A stretch of DNA of 64,000 bases from positions 64,001 to 128,000 of the IMG/VR virus record IMGVR_UViG_3300048838_001106; one strand, given 5' to 3'. This DNA is from a virus. The notes under the pieces are model-generated. The model saw nothing but the letters and a program-made list of their open reading frames with translations. It ran no database searches and had not been told where the DNA came from. Every line of letters starts with the position of its first letter. The stretch's first letter is position 1. The position numbers were made by a program, and so were the translations under genes. Shown piece after piece: positions 37,709-46,000 of this stretch.

Positions 37709-37737
37709 AGCTTACTTGCGTGGGCCTCGTGCGTCAA
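37709..37737 (-). promoter_or_regulatory. Sigma70-type promoter for the - strand KxA operon
   Basis: TTGACG-17 bp-TAAGCT on - strand. Confidence 0.5.
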
Positions 37738-37803
37738 CGCGTCTGCACATCAATAGAAAACAACCTCATACTGTGGCACAAGAAAGCTCACACGGAGAAT
37801 CAT

Positions 37804-38526
37804 ATGACGATCGAGGACAATTTAAGAAAAATGTTTGAGACAGTAAACGCGAAGGAGGGACTCAAGCCGGGTCAATGGATGGAAGAACCCGACTATCTTG
37901 TGTTTGAGGCGCACGGATTTACGTGCGCTATTGTTCGTAGAAGCGGCACAGGGCATCTCTGCGGCTACGTGGTGCTGGACCACGACCACCCATGGGTACG
38001 GGAGCAAGATCCTTATGTCAATGTGCACGGCGGACTGACGTGTTTGAAGGAAATGTATTGGAGCGATGGCAAAACAGTGGCGGGGTTCGACTGCGCACAC
38101 TCAGGGGATGTGCTGCCGTCAATGTCTAATGGCGGATGGCTGTCGTCTCCTTATGGTGAGTCATACAAAGACATTACGTATGTGCAACGTCATACAACGT
38201 GTCTGGCGCAACAAGCAAGAGACGCCGTACCAGCGCTCTTCTCTATAGAGTCCTCGGACATAGCCGTCGTCAAAGAAATCACACAGCGCATCGTGAACAC
38301 AACACAGACAGATGAAGACAATACAGCACACATCAACACACTGCGTGGAGTGACTAACAGAGTCACCGAGGTCACCGGAGGACGCACAGCGGAGAACATG
38401 GTGTTGCGCCAAACGCTAGGGATGCTGGAATGCGCCATCGAAGGACTTGACGCAGACGAGGCAGTCGACGCACCTCATTCAGTAGTAGAGTATCTTCAAA
38501 CGTTCCTGGACGAGATCATGAGTTAG
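37804..38526 (+). CDS. Conserved phage protein
   Basis: GHLCGYV...HPW...VHGGLT...GFDCAH.GD motif. Confidence 0.75.
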   Translation: MTIEDNLRKMFETVNAKEGLKPGQWMEEPDYLVFEAHGFTCAIVRRSGTGHLCGYVVLDHDHPWVREQDPYVNVHGGLTCLKEMYWSDGKTVAGFDCAHSGDVLPSMSNGGWLSSPYGESYKDITYVQRHTTCLAQQARDAVPALFSIESSDIAVVKEITQRIVNTTQTDEDNTAHINTLRGVTNRVTEVTGGRTAENMVLRQTLGMLECAIEGLDADEAVDAPHSVVEYLQTFLDEIMS

Positions 38527-38616
38527 CTTGCTGAGTTTTTTAGCGCACAGCGCATTATTTTGACTTTCGTGGTAAAAGATTTCCCGTTAATGAACTAGAT
38601 TTATTGTGAGGGTATT

Positions 38617-38925
38617 ATGTGGATTATGCAGATAGGCATCTTTGTGCTTGGTGCCGCCGCAGGCGCGCTAATCGTACTGCGACACACGATGCGGATGGAA
38701 AGAGAAACAGCAGCTGCCGTGGAGAGGTTGTCAGCCATCGCCAGAGGAGCAATTCGAAGAGCAGACTTTTATGGGAGAAGCTGGGGGCGCATGGCCAGGA
38801 AACTACCTCCCGACGAGTGTATGGCCGAGATGATGACGTACTATGATGACGCGCCACCGGACGTCAGGGCTGAAATAGACAACGTGCTGTGCAACGCGTG
38901 GCCGAGCCGAGAAAAACCGAATTGA
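38617..38925 (+). CDS. Membrane-anchored hypothetical protein
   Basis: N-terminal TM helix; GAGG RBS. Confidence 0.6.
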   Translation: MWIMQIGIFVLGAAAGALIVLRHTMRMERETAAAVERLSAIARGAIRRADFYGRSWGRMARKLPPDECMAEMMTYYDDAPPDVRAEIDNVLCNAWPSREKPN

Positions 38926-39377
38926 TAGAGAAAATATTAGTCATAGTGCTGGCCATGAATGTTCAATGGGGGTCAGTCGATGTGCCGGCGTTACCAGAAA
39001 TGACAGTTCAACACACCGGACTAGCCTCATGGTACGGCAGCGGAGTGAAAAACGACTACGGGCTGCACGGAAGTATAACTGCAACCGGTGAGCCGTTTGA
39101 TCCGTCAAAAAAAACGTGCGCTATGCGGGCGGCTCCATTGCGTAGAGCCGTGTTGGTAAGGCTGACACGCACGGGACACAAGACATGGTGCCTTGTTAAT
39201 GACCGTGGACCTTACGGGGCCTTAGACGATGAGGGCCTGTGGATTACCAAATTTTCTAGAGAGGACCCTGGAGAGTGGCGCGGCGTTATCGATCTCAGTC
39301 GGGCAACTGCCGTGGCTTTAGGGTTTGACTTTCAAAGAGGACTCGAGCAAGTCGAGATTCTATACACGACACACTGA
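38922..39377 (+). CDS. RlpA-like double-psi beta-barrel protein (lytic transglycosylase family)
   Basis: GLASWYG, TATGEPFD, VNDRGPY, IDLS..A..LG. Confidence 0.85.
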   Translation: MIEKILVIVLAMNVQWGSVDVPALPEMTVQHTGLASWYGSGVKNDYGLHGSITATGEPFDPSKKTCAMRAAPLRRAVLVRLTRTGHKTWCLVNDRGPYGALDDEGLWITKFSREDPGEWRGVIDLSRATAVALGFDFQRGLEQVEILYTTH

Positions 39378-39396
39378 AACGGCCATGGAGGCTTTA

Positions 39397-39627
39397 ATGG
39401 ACAGACCTGACCCCGTCGATATCTTCGTTAAGACTTTGCGAGACGCGCGTCTTCTAAAGAAGATGACACAGAGAGAAGTGGCCGATCGAATCGGAGTCAC
39501 CACGCAAACTTTCTCTAACTGGGAAACAGAGTCATCTGTGCCACGATTCGATAACGCGTTGAAATGGGCTGCCCTTATGGGATATGACGTACGTCTGACT
39601 ACCAGGAAGCAGCATGACGAACATTGA
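39397..39627 (+). CDS. XRE/Cro family HTH regulator
   Basis: LRDARLLKKMTQREVADRIGVTTQTFSNWE. Confidence 0.85.
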   Translation: MDRPDPVDIFVKTLRDARLLKKMTQREVADRIGVTTQTFSNWETESSVPRFDNALKWAALMGYDVRLTTRKQHDEH

Positions 39628-39686
39628 CGAGTTGATCAGAGGCAACCGCGTCGCCTATTCACAGTGGGTGGAAACCAGGAGAAGTC

Positions 39687-40004
39687 ATGCTAACGCTGAC
39701 AAGGAAAGAAGGGCAGTGTATTATCCTGCATGCCCCGATGGAGACCGTAATAATCACATTGAAAAGCACCAGGAGAGGACAGGCACGCCTGGGTGTGCTG
39801 GCGCCGAAATACGTCGACATTCATCGCGATGACACTGACGAGTTCCTCCCGCCCAACAGAATCTACACGTCAATTGAGCACTGCCCGAGGTGCGGTGGCA
39901 CGCACAGGTCAGTCGAGATAACAGTCCTGAAGCAGAGCTCCTCCAGCGCTGCGCGTCAATTCTTCACCTCGTGTCCTGAAACCGGACACCCTGTCATCCT
40001 ATGA
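39687..40004 (+). CDS. csrA: CsrA-like carbon storage regulator with C-terminal Zn-ribbon extension
   Basis: MLTLTRKEGQ.I...RLGV.AP..V.IHR; then CPRC...CP. Confidence 0.75.
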   Translation: MLTLTRKEGQCIILHAPMETVIITLKSTRRGQARLGVLAPKYVDIHRDDTDEFLPPNRIYTSIEHCPRCGGTHRSVEITVLKQSSSSAARQFFTSCPETGHPVIL

Positions 40005-40276
40005 TTGAACACGACACGTCATTTATGGCGCTTTTTCGAGGAAGAGATGCCATCAGGTTTGAGCTTCTACTTCTGGAACGTGTAGAGAGAGGAGAAGTTA
40101 TCGACGCTGTTTTTCGCGGTTGGGTACGCGTGGACGCAGCCCATTCTAAGCTTGAAATAACACGCAAAGGCAGAGAGCACCTGGCAAAGCTCGCTGATAG
40201 AGACGTCGTTGTTGTAACATCAAATAACACGGAGATATCCAATGAAACATCGGTACACCTGGTGCCCGAATTGTAA
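40001..40276 (+). CDS. Hypothetical protein (winged-helix-like)
   Basis: RGWV...ITRKGR pattern, ATGA overlap. Confidence 0.5.
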   Translation: MIEHDTSFMALFRGRDAIRFELLLLERVERGEVIDAVFRGWVRVDAAHSKLEITRKGREHLAKLADRDVVVVTSNNTEISNETSVHLVPEL

Positions 40277-40451
40277 GAACTTGACCGCCTATTATGGGAT
40301 TGAGATTTCGTCGCAAAAAGTCGTCTGCTTCGCATGCGACTTGATACTTGACGAGCAGCCCCCGCTGGTAGTTTCTCCAAAAGAAGATGCCGCGCTCATG
40401 AAGAACGCGGCAGAGAAACTTAAGGAAGAGTTGGAGGAGTACGAGTTTTAA
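40242..40451 (+). CDS. Small Zn-ribbon protein
   Basis: CPNC...CFAC; GGAG RBS. Confidence 0.55.
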   Translation: MKHRYTWCPNCKNLTAYYGIEISSQKVVCFACDLILDEQPPLVVSPKEDAALMKNAAEKLKEELEEYEF

Positions 40452-41173
40452 TTGTAGCTAGGCGGTACGGCACGCACATTCGTAGTCGTCTGTGTAAGGC
40501 CCGTAGCTTCTTCGAATAGAACTTCAGCAAGAACCACAAAGGAGAACACAGGCCCTGCCTCTTCAAGGTATACTCCGACGGCAGTCGCCAACTGAGCTTC
40601 CGTAAGTGCAACGGCTTCTCCTGTGTCGGCCGCGTCTCCAAAGACGAGCAGCGTCTTCAAAGCACCGTCGTCATTGACAGCCAACACGTGTGCATAGCGG
40701 TCACTGGCGGTTGCCAGGCTTCCAACCATGGCGGCACCATCTTTGTCTAGCTGTGCGGTGAGCGTAGAGCTCACGGCAGCTTCTACTTCAAAGTAGGCGC
40801 CGTCCACGTAGATTTCACCGGCTGCGATGTCGACACGGCGCGTGGCCACGGTAGATGCTGCGGTGGGGTTTTCGATAGCAAGACCCGAAGCGACGCGGTT
40901 TGCGGCCCAGCGAGTAACATCAGCGGTAGCGACCTGAGCCTCTACAGAAGCCGTGTATCGGTCCACAGCAGTGTTTACCGTAAACAGAGGGTTGCCATCA
41001 CTGTCAGTGCGAGCACGAAGCTCGTTGAGCTGCTTTTCAAGGCGCATCAAGGTGATGGACTCGATTGTGAATTGCTTGGTCTCGCCAGCTGGGAGACGCC
41101 CTTGGAACTGGCTCCACGGCTCGTGAATACCAGAGTCTGTGGTACCGAGATTTGTAATTGTCAGAAGAGGCAT
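40448..41173 (-). CDS. Putative virion structural protein
   Basis: Ala/Thr/Val-rich, Cys-free, own upstream GGTATAAC motif on - strand. Confidence 0.55.
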   Translation of the reverse strand: MPLLTITNLGTTDSGIHEPWSQFQGRLPAGETKQFTIESITLMRLEKQLNELRARTDSDGNPLFTVNTAVDRYTASVEAQVATADVTRWAANRVASGLAIENPTAASTVATRRVDIAAGEIYVDGAYFEVEAAVSSTLTAQLDKDGAAMVGSLATASDRYAHVLAVNDDGALKTLLVFGDAADTGEAVALTEAQLATAVGVYLEEAGPVFSFVVLAEVLFEEATGLTQTTTNVRAVPPSYN

Positions 41174-41250
41174 ATATGAGCTCCGAGTTTGGTCGAACAA
41201 GAGTTGTAATGTAACGTTATACCTAGCAGCCCCTGGTTAGGCAAGTCCAG

Positions 41251-41484
41251 ATGACAGATGAAGAAGTGCAGTTCTTAATTAGCGTTGGGTTCACAGAAGT
41301 GGGCCGGACAAACTGTTATGTGTGCGATTCATTACAAACCGGTCGCGTGGTTTACATGGAATACGATCGCCGACACAAACGCTGGACACTGACCGAGATA
41401 GACGAGGCGCGCAATGTCGTTACGCGCACAGAGCGAAGCAACAATGCAGTTGCTCTGTGGCAAGACTTACTGTTTAATCCGTGA
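41251..41484 (+). CDS. Hypothetical protein
   Basis: 77 aa ORF. Confidence 0.5.
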   Translation: MTDEEVQFLISVGFTEVGRTNCYVCDSLQTGRVVYMEYDRRHKRWTLTEIDEARNVVTRTERSNNAVALWQDLLFNP

Positions 41485-41530
41485 CAACTTTTTCCGCCGT
41501 GCGCGGCATAAACTAACCAAAGGGATAGCC

Positions 41531-42817
41531 ATGCTATCATCACCCGCCGAGGTGTTGAACGAACAACAACTCGATGTATTACTGGAATTGGACAAGTTCG
41601 CTAAAGCAGACAGCCCGCATAGGGTCTTCGGCCTATTTGGGTACGCAGGCACTGGAAAATCCACAGTGCTTAGCTTCTTTGGACAGGCAGCGTCTGCCAG
41701 GAAACACAGCATAGTGTTCGCAGCGCCCACTCACAAAGCCGTGTCTGTGCTGCAGCACATGGCTGACCCCGAAGTCATAGCGCCTCAGCACAACAACTTT
41801 CAGACAGTGGCTAAGCTGCTGAACATGAAAGCAGTAGTAGATGAAGAAGGGCACCGTCAATTCAGGCCGGTTGTCGATCGATGGACCGACGCAAGGATAT
41901 CTAAGTACGACATGGTCATCATTGACGAGTGCTCGATGATCAACAAAGACGTGTACCAGTGGCTCATGGAAGCCCAGGAGGCATTAGGGTTTCGTATCAT
42001 CTTCGTAGGAGACCCGCTGCAACTCCCGCCAGTCCGAGAAGAAAACCTAAACAACGGGCGCTCGCTGGCGTTTGATGTCGAAAAGCAGGTTACGCTGACG
42101 CAGGTAGAGAGGTTTTCTGGTGACATCGCAAAAGTCGTGTCTCAGGTGCGGCGATGCATTGGGGAGGGCGTGGCGCCAGTGTTCAAGAACAGCGAGACCA
42201 CGATTCGCCATGGCGGGTCATCGTCCTTCCTGCACGCATACCTTGAATATGCGGATACCGGACAGATCATCGCATACCGAAACGAGATGGTTGTTAATGC
42301 CAACAACTGGGTTAGGAAGAAGATATTCGGAGAAAACGCGCCCGCGTTTGTACCTGGAGAGCGTATCGTGGCGGCGGACACCACGCTGCACTGGCATGTG
42401 CACCAGGAGTTCAAGGTGAGTGACGCCGAGCGCGTCAAGCACGACAAGACAGGATTGATGTGTTGGCGTCTGAAGTTCGAAGGCAGCTTCATGGAGGTCT
42501 ACACTATGGACAAGGAGCAGAAACCAGCACTGAAAGCCCGGCTAGATGCCATAAAGGCAGACATCAACACCATCAAGACCAACAATCCAAAAGCGTCGGT
42601 AGCCGCTAAGTGGGATGAGTTCTACACACTGAAGGACCTGTATCCAGAGTTCAGACCTGGCTACGCGCAGACTATTCACGCTTCACAGGGGTCTACGTAC
42701 AAACAGGTCTTTGTGATGGAAAGAGACATTTCCAGGATTAAACGCGACAAGGACTTCTATGGGAAAATGCTGTACGTTGCGTATTCAAGAGCATCTCAAA
42801 TGGTCCACGTTTTGTGA
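41531..42817 (+). CDS. dda: Dda/RecD-like SF1B DNA helicase
   Basis: GYAGTGKST, APTHKA, DECSM, GDPLQLPPV, TIHASQGSTY, YVAYSRA. Confidence 0.9.
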   Translation: MLSSPAEVLNEQQLDVLLELDKFAKADSPHRVFGLFGYAGTGKSTVLSFFGQAASARKHSIVFAAPTHKAVSVLQHMADPEVIAPQHNNFQTVAKLLNMKAVVDEEGHRQFRPVVDRWTDARISKYDMVIIDECSMINKDVYQWLMEAQEALGFRIIFVGDPLQLPPVREENLNNGRSLAFDVEKQVTLTQVERFSGDIAKVVSQVRRCIGEGVAPVFKNSETTIRHGGSSSFLHAYLEYADTGQIIAYRNEMVVNANNWVRKKIFGENAPAFVPGERIVAADTTLHWHVHQEFKVSDAERVKHDKTGLMCWRLKFEGSFMEVYTMDKEQKPALKARLDAIKADINTIKTNNPKASVAAKWDEFYTLKDLYPEFRPGYAQTIHASQGSTYKQVFVMERDISRIKRDKDFYGKMLYVAYSRASQMVHVL

Positions 42818-42829
42818 GGAGCAGCGCGA

Positions 42830-44161
42830 ATGGGTGATGACTACACAGTGAACACAGAGAACCTCCGCCTGGTAAAAATTGAAGCCGTCTACACGTCTTA
42901 CGCTATTGCGCACCAGAATGACGTGCTGGAAGATGTGATTCCTGATGAATCCTTTTCTGAGCCGAGCTTTAGGTATGAAGAAGTTAATGCCATGGAACTG
43001 CCCATATCCGCAGATCAGGTTGTGTACAGTGACAGCGTGCGTTCCGATCTGAAGTACATCAGCGAACGAGCCGCAACGCAAGGCGTGCCGGAATTCTGCG
43101 ATGATGTGAAGGAAGACATTGTATCTGCTCTCCGACTCGAGGCATTCTACATGCACAGCAAGAGATTTAACCAAGAGCTACTGCTAGAGCAAGGAGGCAC
43201 AGTGAATACACGACCGACACTGAAACGAGGAGATGCGGGCACGGCGGTGCAGGACCTGCAGACATACCTAAACCAGATTGCGCAACACACAGGTGCTCGC
43301 GTTGACGGCGCGCCTCTTCGAAAGGATGGTTCATTCGGACCGGCCACAGAGAAAGCGGTGCTGTCGTTTCAAACGGGCCAGGATCTATACGCGGACGGGG
43401 TTGTTGGGCCTGTCACATGGGGCAAAATGGATGAGGTCTGGAGCAGGCACATCAACCCGGTAGCTCAGCCGGCCAAGGACAAGCCTGAGCCGACTCAAAC
43501 TGTCGTGCAGTGGCAGACCACGTATAAAGAGGGGTACAACAGGTTCACCCTTCGAACAGACGTGGCTCGAATCTTCCAAGACAAGATTCTAGACCCGATG
43601 AAGAGCGTTGGCGCACTCATGACCTCTTCAGGGTCAAAGAGGGCGCTCACTGCGAAGGTAGGGTCCAACAGGAGTGCCACCAGCTTTCACTATCTCCTGA
43701 CGGCATTTGATCTTTATGTCTACTCGGCGATGGTCGACCCGCACACTGACCCATTTGTGGTTACCGTTGACCCAAATAATCCACGGTATTGGGTAGTATG
43801 GGCACGCGTGGGAGCCACGGGATCTGGCAGACACAGGACCCTGGACGCGGTGACGTACGAGAAGTCCGGCGACGCAGATTACCCGCAAAAGATTGTGAAG
43901 ACAGCAGGGTACTTCCTGAACTTCACAGAACTTTGCGCAGAAGCAGGGTTTAAGCCGATTCCGTGGCGACCTGCATTTATGGACCCAAAAACCAAGTCGA
44001 ATGGTGCTGCAGAGTGGTGGCACTTCCAATACGAGGCCGATTTGGTTCGGGGGGTTACCACATACGGGTCGCAGTTGTTGCGTGTATACACACAGAAACA
44101 GCTGAAGGACACCCCGCCGTGGAAATACCGAGACCTGAAATTTGGCACGCAGTGGAGATGA
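42830..44161 (+). CDS. Endolysin: peptidoglycan-binding domain plus M15-type Zn peptidase, with acidic N-terminal extension
   Basis: LKRGD.G..V..LQ...DG.FGP.T..AV..FQ...DGVVGP.TW; SFH...AFD; EWWHFQY. Confidence 0.85.
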   Translation: MGDDYTVNTENLRLVKIEAVYTSYAIAHQNDVLEDVIPDESFSEPSFRYEEVNAMELPISADQVVYSDSVRSDLKYISERAATQGVPEFCDDVKEDIVSALRLEAFYMHSKRFNQELLLEQGGTVNTRPTLKRGDAGTAVQDLQTYLNQIAQHTGARVDGAPLRKDGSFGPATEKAVLSFQTGQDLYADGVVGPVTWGKMDEVWSRHINPVAQPAKDKPEPTQTVVQWQTTYKEGYNRFTLRTDVARIFQDKILDPMKSVGALMTSSGSKRALTAKVGSNRSATSFHYLLTAFDLYVYSAMVDPHTDPFVVTVDPNNPRYWVVWARVGATGSGRHRTLDAVTYEKSGDADYPQKIVKTAGYFLNFTELCAEAGFKPIPWRPAFMDPKTKSNGAAEWWHFQYEADLVRGVTTYGSQLLRVYTQKQLKDTPPWKYRDLKFGTQWR

Positions 44162-44240
44162 TATTTGTGCGCACCGTGCGCATTTTTCTTATTTGAATGT
44201 GCCTGTAGTTGTGGCATGGTCAATCACCTAATTAGCGGAG

Positions 44241-44546
44241 GTGATTGTGGCTACGGACATAACAGAACAACAAAACAATACGGGAGGAGACAAAGAAGAG
44301 GAGTGCACGGTCCTTTCAAAAGAGGAACTCCTTGCGCACATGGAAGCCGCGGAGAACGCACCGGAAATGAAAGTGCTGAAGGAAATCACCAAGGAGTACC
44401 TGGAGAGACGAGAGAAGGAAGCCAGGATTGATCGTATCATGACGTTGTATGCCAACGGCATGCCAATGACAGTTGATGACTGGAACACAGTAAGGGCCTC
44501 AGTCGGCTTGTCTGCGTTACCACCACTTGAAGCGTCCAAGACGTAA
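44241..44546 (+). CDS. Hypothetical protein
   Basis: GGAGGTG RBS. Confidence 0.55.
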   Translation: MIVATDITEQQNNTGGDKEEECTVLSKEELLAHMEAAENAPEMKVLKEITKEYLERREKEARIDRIMTLYANGMPMTVDDWNTVRASVGLSALPPLEASKT

Positions 44547-44559
44547 AAAGGAGAAGACA

Positions 44560-44952
44560 ATGAGTGAAGAAACAACGGAAACAACGGAAACAACACCCAA
44601 CGATGGCGCATCTGAAGCAGTTGCTGAGACGTCTGAGACAAAAACACGAGCGAAGCGAGGAGCTAACACAGAGCTCAAGTTTGCCGTGACTGTGAGCGCC
44701 AATGGCACGGACTACATCATGGTTCCTCCTCAGGCTGACCACGAATCGATGACCGAAGTGCGTGCGGCACTAAAGGAATACGCTGAGTCGAACGGTAACG
44801 CGGCTCAGGAGTTTTACAACAGTATTGTGGATTTGTTGCCGCACGAAAACAGTGAAGAGATGTCTCTTCACTTCGCCGTGGTACGGTATTTGGGGCGGTA
44901 CGTGGTCAAGACAGAAACTATTCGAACAACTACACTCGCCGAAGTCAAATGA
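44560..44952 (+). CDS. Hypothetical protein
   Basis: AAGGAG RBS. Confidence 0.65.
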   Translation: MSEETTETTETTPNDGASEAVAETSETKTRAKRGANTELKFAVTVSANGTDYIMVPPQADHESMTEVRAALKEYAESNGNAAQEFYNSIVDLLPHENSEEMSLHFAVVRYLGRYVVKTETIRTTTLAEVK

Positions 44953-45490
44953 CCTGACTGTTCTCGGCCAACGAGTGCACAGTGTCTTTCATTTCGTTTA
45001 GCGTGTCCTTGTACAGGTCACGCTCTTTTTTTACCTCTTGCAGCTCTGCGGTCAAGATCTTGTTGTGCTCTTGCAGCATTTCAATCTCTAACTGCAGGCT
45101 AGCATTGTGAGTTGTCAGTCTCTCTATTTCACGATCTTGAAACGCGTCGTGACCGGCGAGTCTTGAGTTCTCCACTTGAAGACTTGCTATGGATGCGTGC
45201 ATGCGAGCCATGGTCTCTTCTAATGAGGACACGCGCGCCGCAAAAAGAGATGACATGGCTATGCGCTCGCTACTCTCTGTCTGCACGGTCAAAAGAGTCG
45301 AAGAGTGCGTGTTGGCATCTCTTGTCTTCTTCCAGTCAGACACACGCTGAAACACCACAACCAACAAGGCCGTAACGCCGGAGACTATACTGGAGAGTAC
45401 GACGGGGTTGTTAGTAAGTTCATCCATTGGCGCATAACTCTTTACTGCAGTGTACATTTTGGGCTCCTTAGAGTTCCAGTGTGTCGTCAC
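44945..45490 (-). CDS. TM plus coiled-coil protein (possible spanin/lysis accessory)
   Basis: One TM helix then heptad coiled coil; next to holin-like gene. Confidence 0.55.
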   Translation of the reverse strand: MTTHWNSKEPKMYTAVKSYAPMDELTNNPVVLSSIVSGVTALLVVVFQRVSDWKKTRDANTHSSTLLTVQTESSERIAMSSLFAARVSSLEETMARMHASIASLQVENSRLAGHDAFQDREIERLTTHNASLQLEIEMLQEHNKILTAELQEVKKERDLYKDTLNEMKDTVHSLAENSQVI

Positions 45491-45827
45491 CAGAGGTGTC
45501 TGGGGAGCGTACGCGTTTAACGTTTGTCTCCCACACCGCGTAGATGTTCGTACTGAGAGACCCCATCAGTATACCCGCCATGATACGTATCCCAAGGTCG
45601 AACTCAACGGGTGTAATGCTCGGTCCGATAAGCGGTGATGTACACGCGCCCAAAAACGGAGGTAGCAAAGGCAGAGACCGGTAGTACCACGAAGCCTTGT
45701 CCACAGCGGTATTTTTTAGCGCGGACTTGATAGCGGTCATAACGCCGTTTATGGCCCCAGCTATGATTCCAAATGCCACGATTGCGGGTATCCAGGCATC
45801 CAGACTTGTAATGGTTTCAGCCGGCAT
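45468..45827 (-). CDS. Holin-like membrane protein
   Basis: Two to three TM helices, charged C-terminus, near endolysin. Confidence 0.6.
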   Translation of the reverse strand: MPAETITSLDAWIPAIVAFGIIAGAINGVMTAIKSALKNTAVDKASWYYRSLPLLPPFLGACTSPLIGPSITPVEFDLGIRIMAGILMGSLSTNIYAVWETNVKRVRSPDTSGDDTLEL

Positions 45828-46000
45828 AAATCACCTTTGCATGTGCTGTCATTGTATCTCAAAACACATACTTATCAACGCTTGAAATCACTAAGGTTAG
45901 AATGCGCCGCTATACGCGCACAAAATTATTAAAGCACTGCTACTCAACACGCACGCGAGCAATATGGGTAGCTCTAGCTTCGCTGCGTATTCTCAAATTG

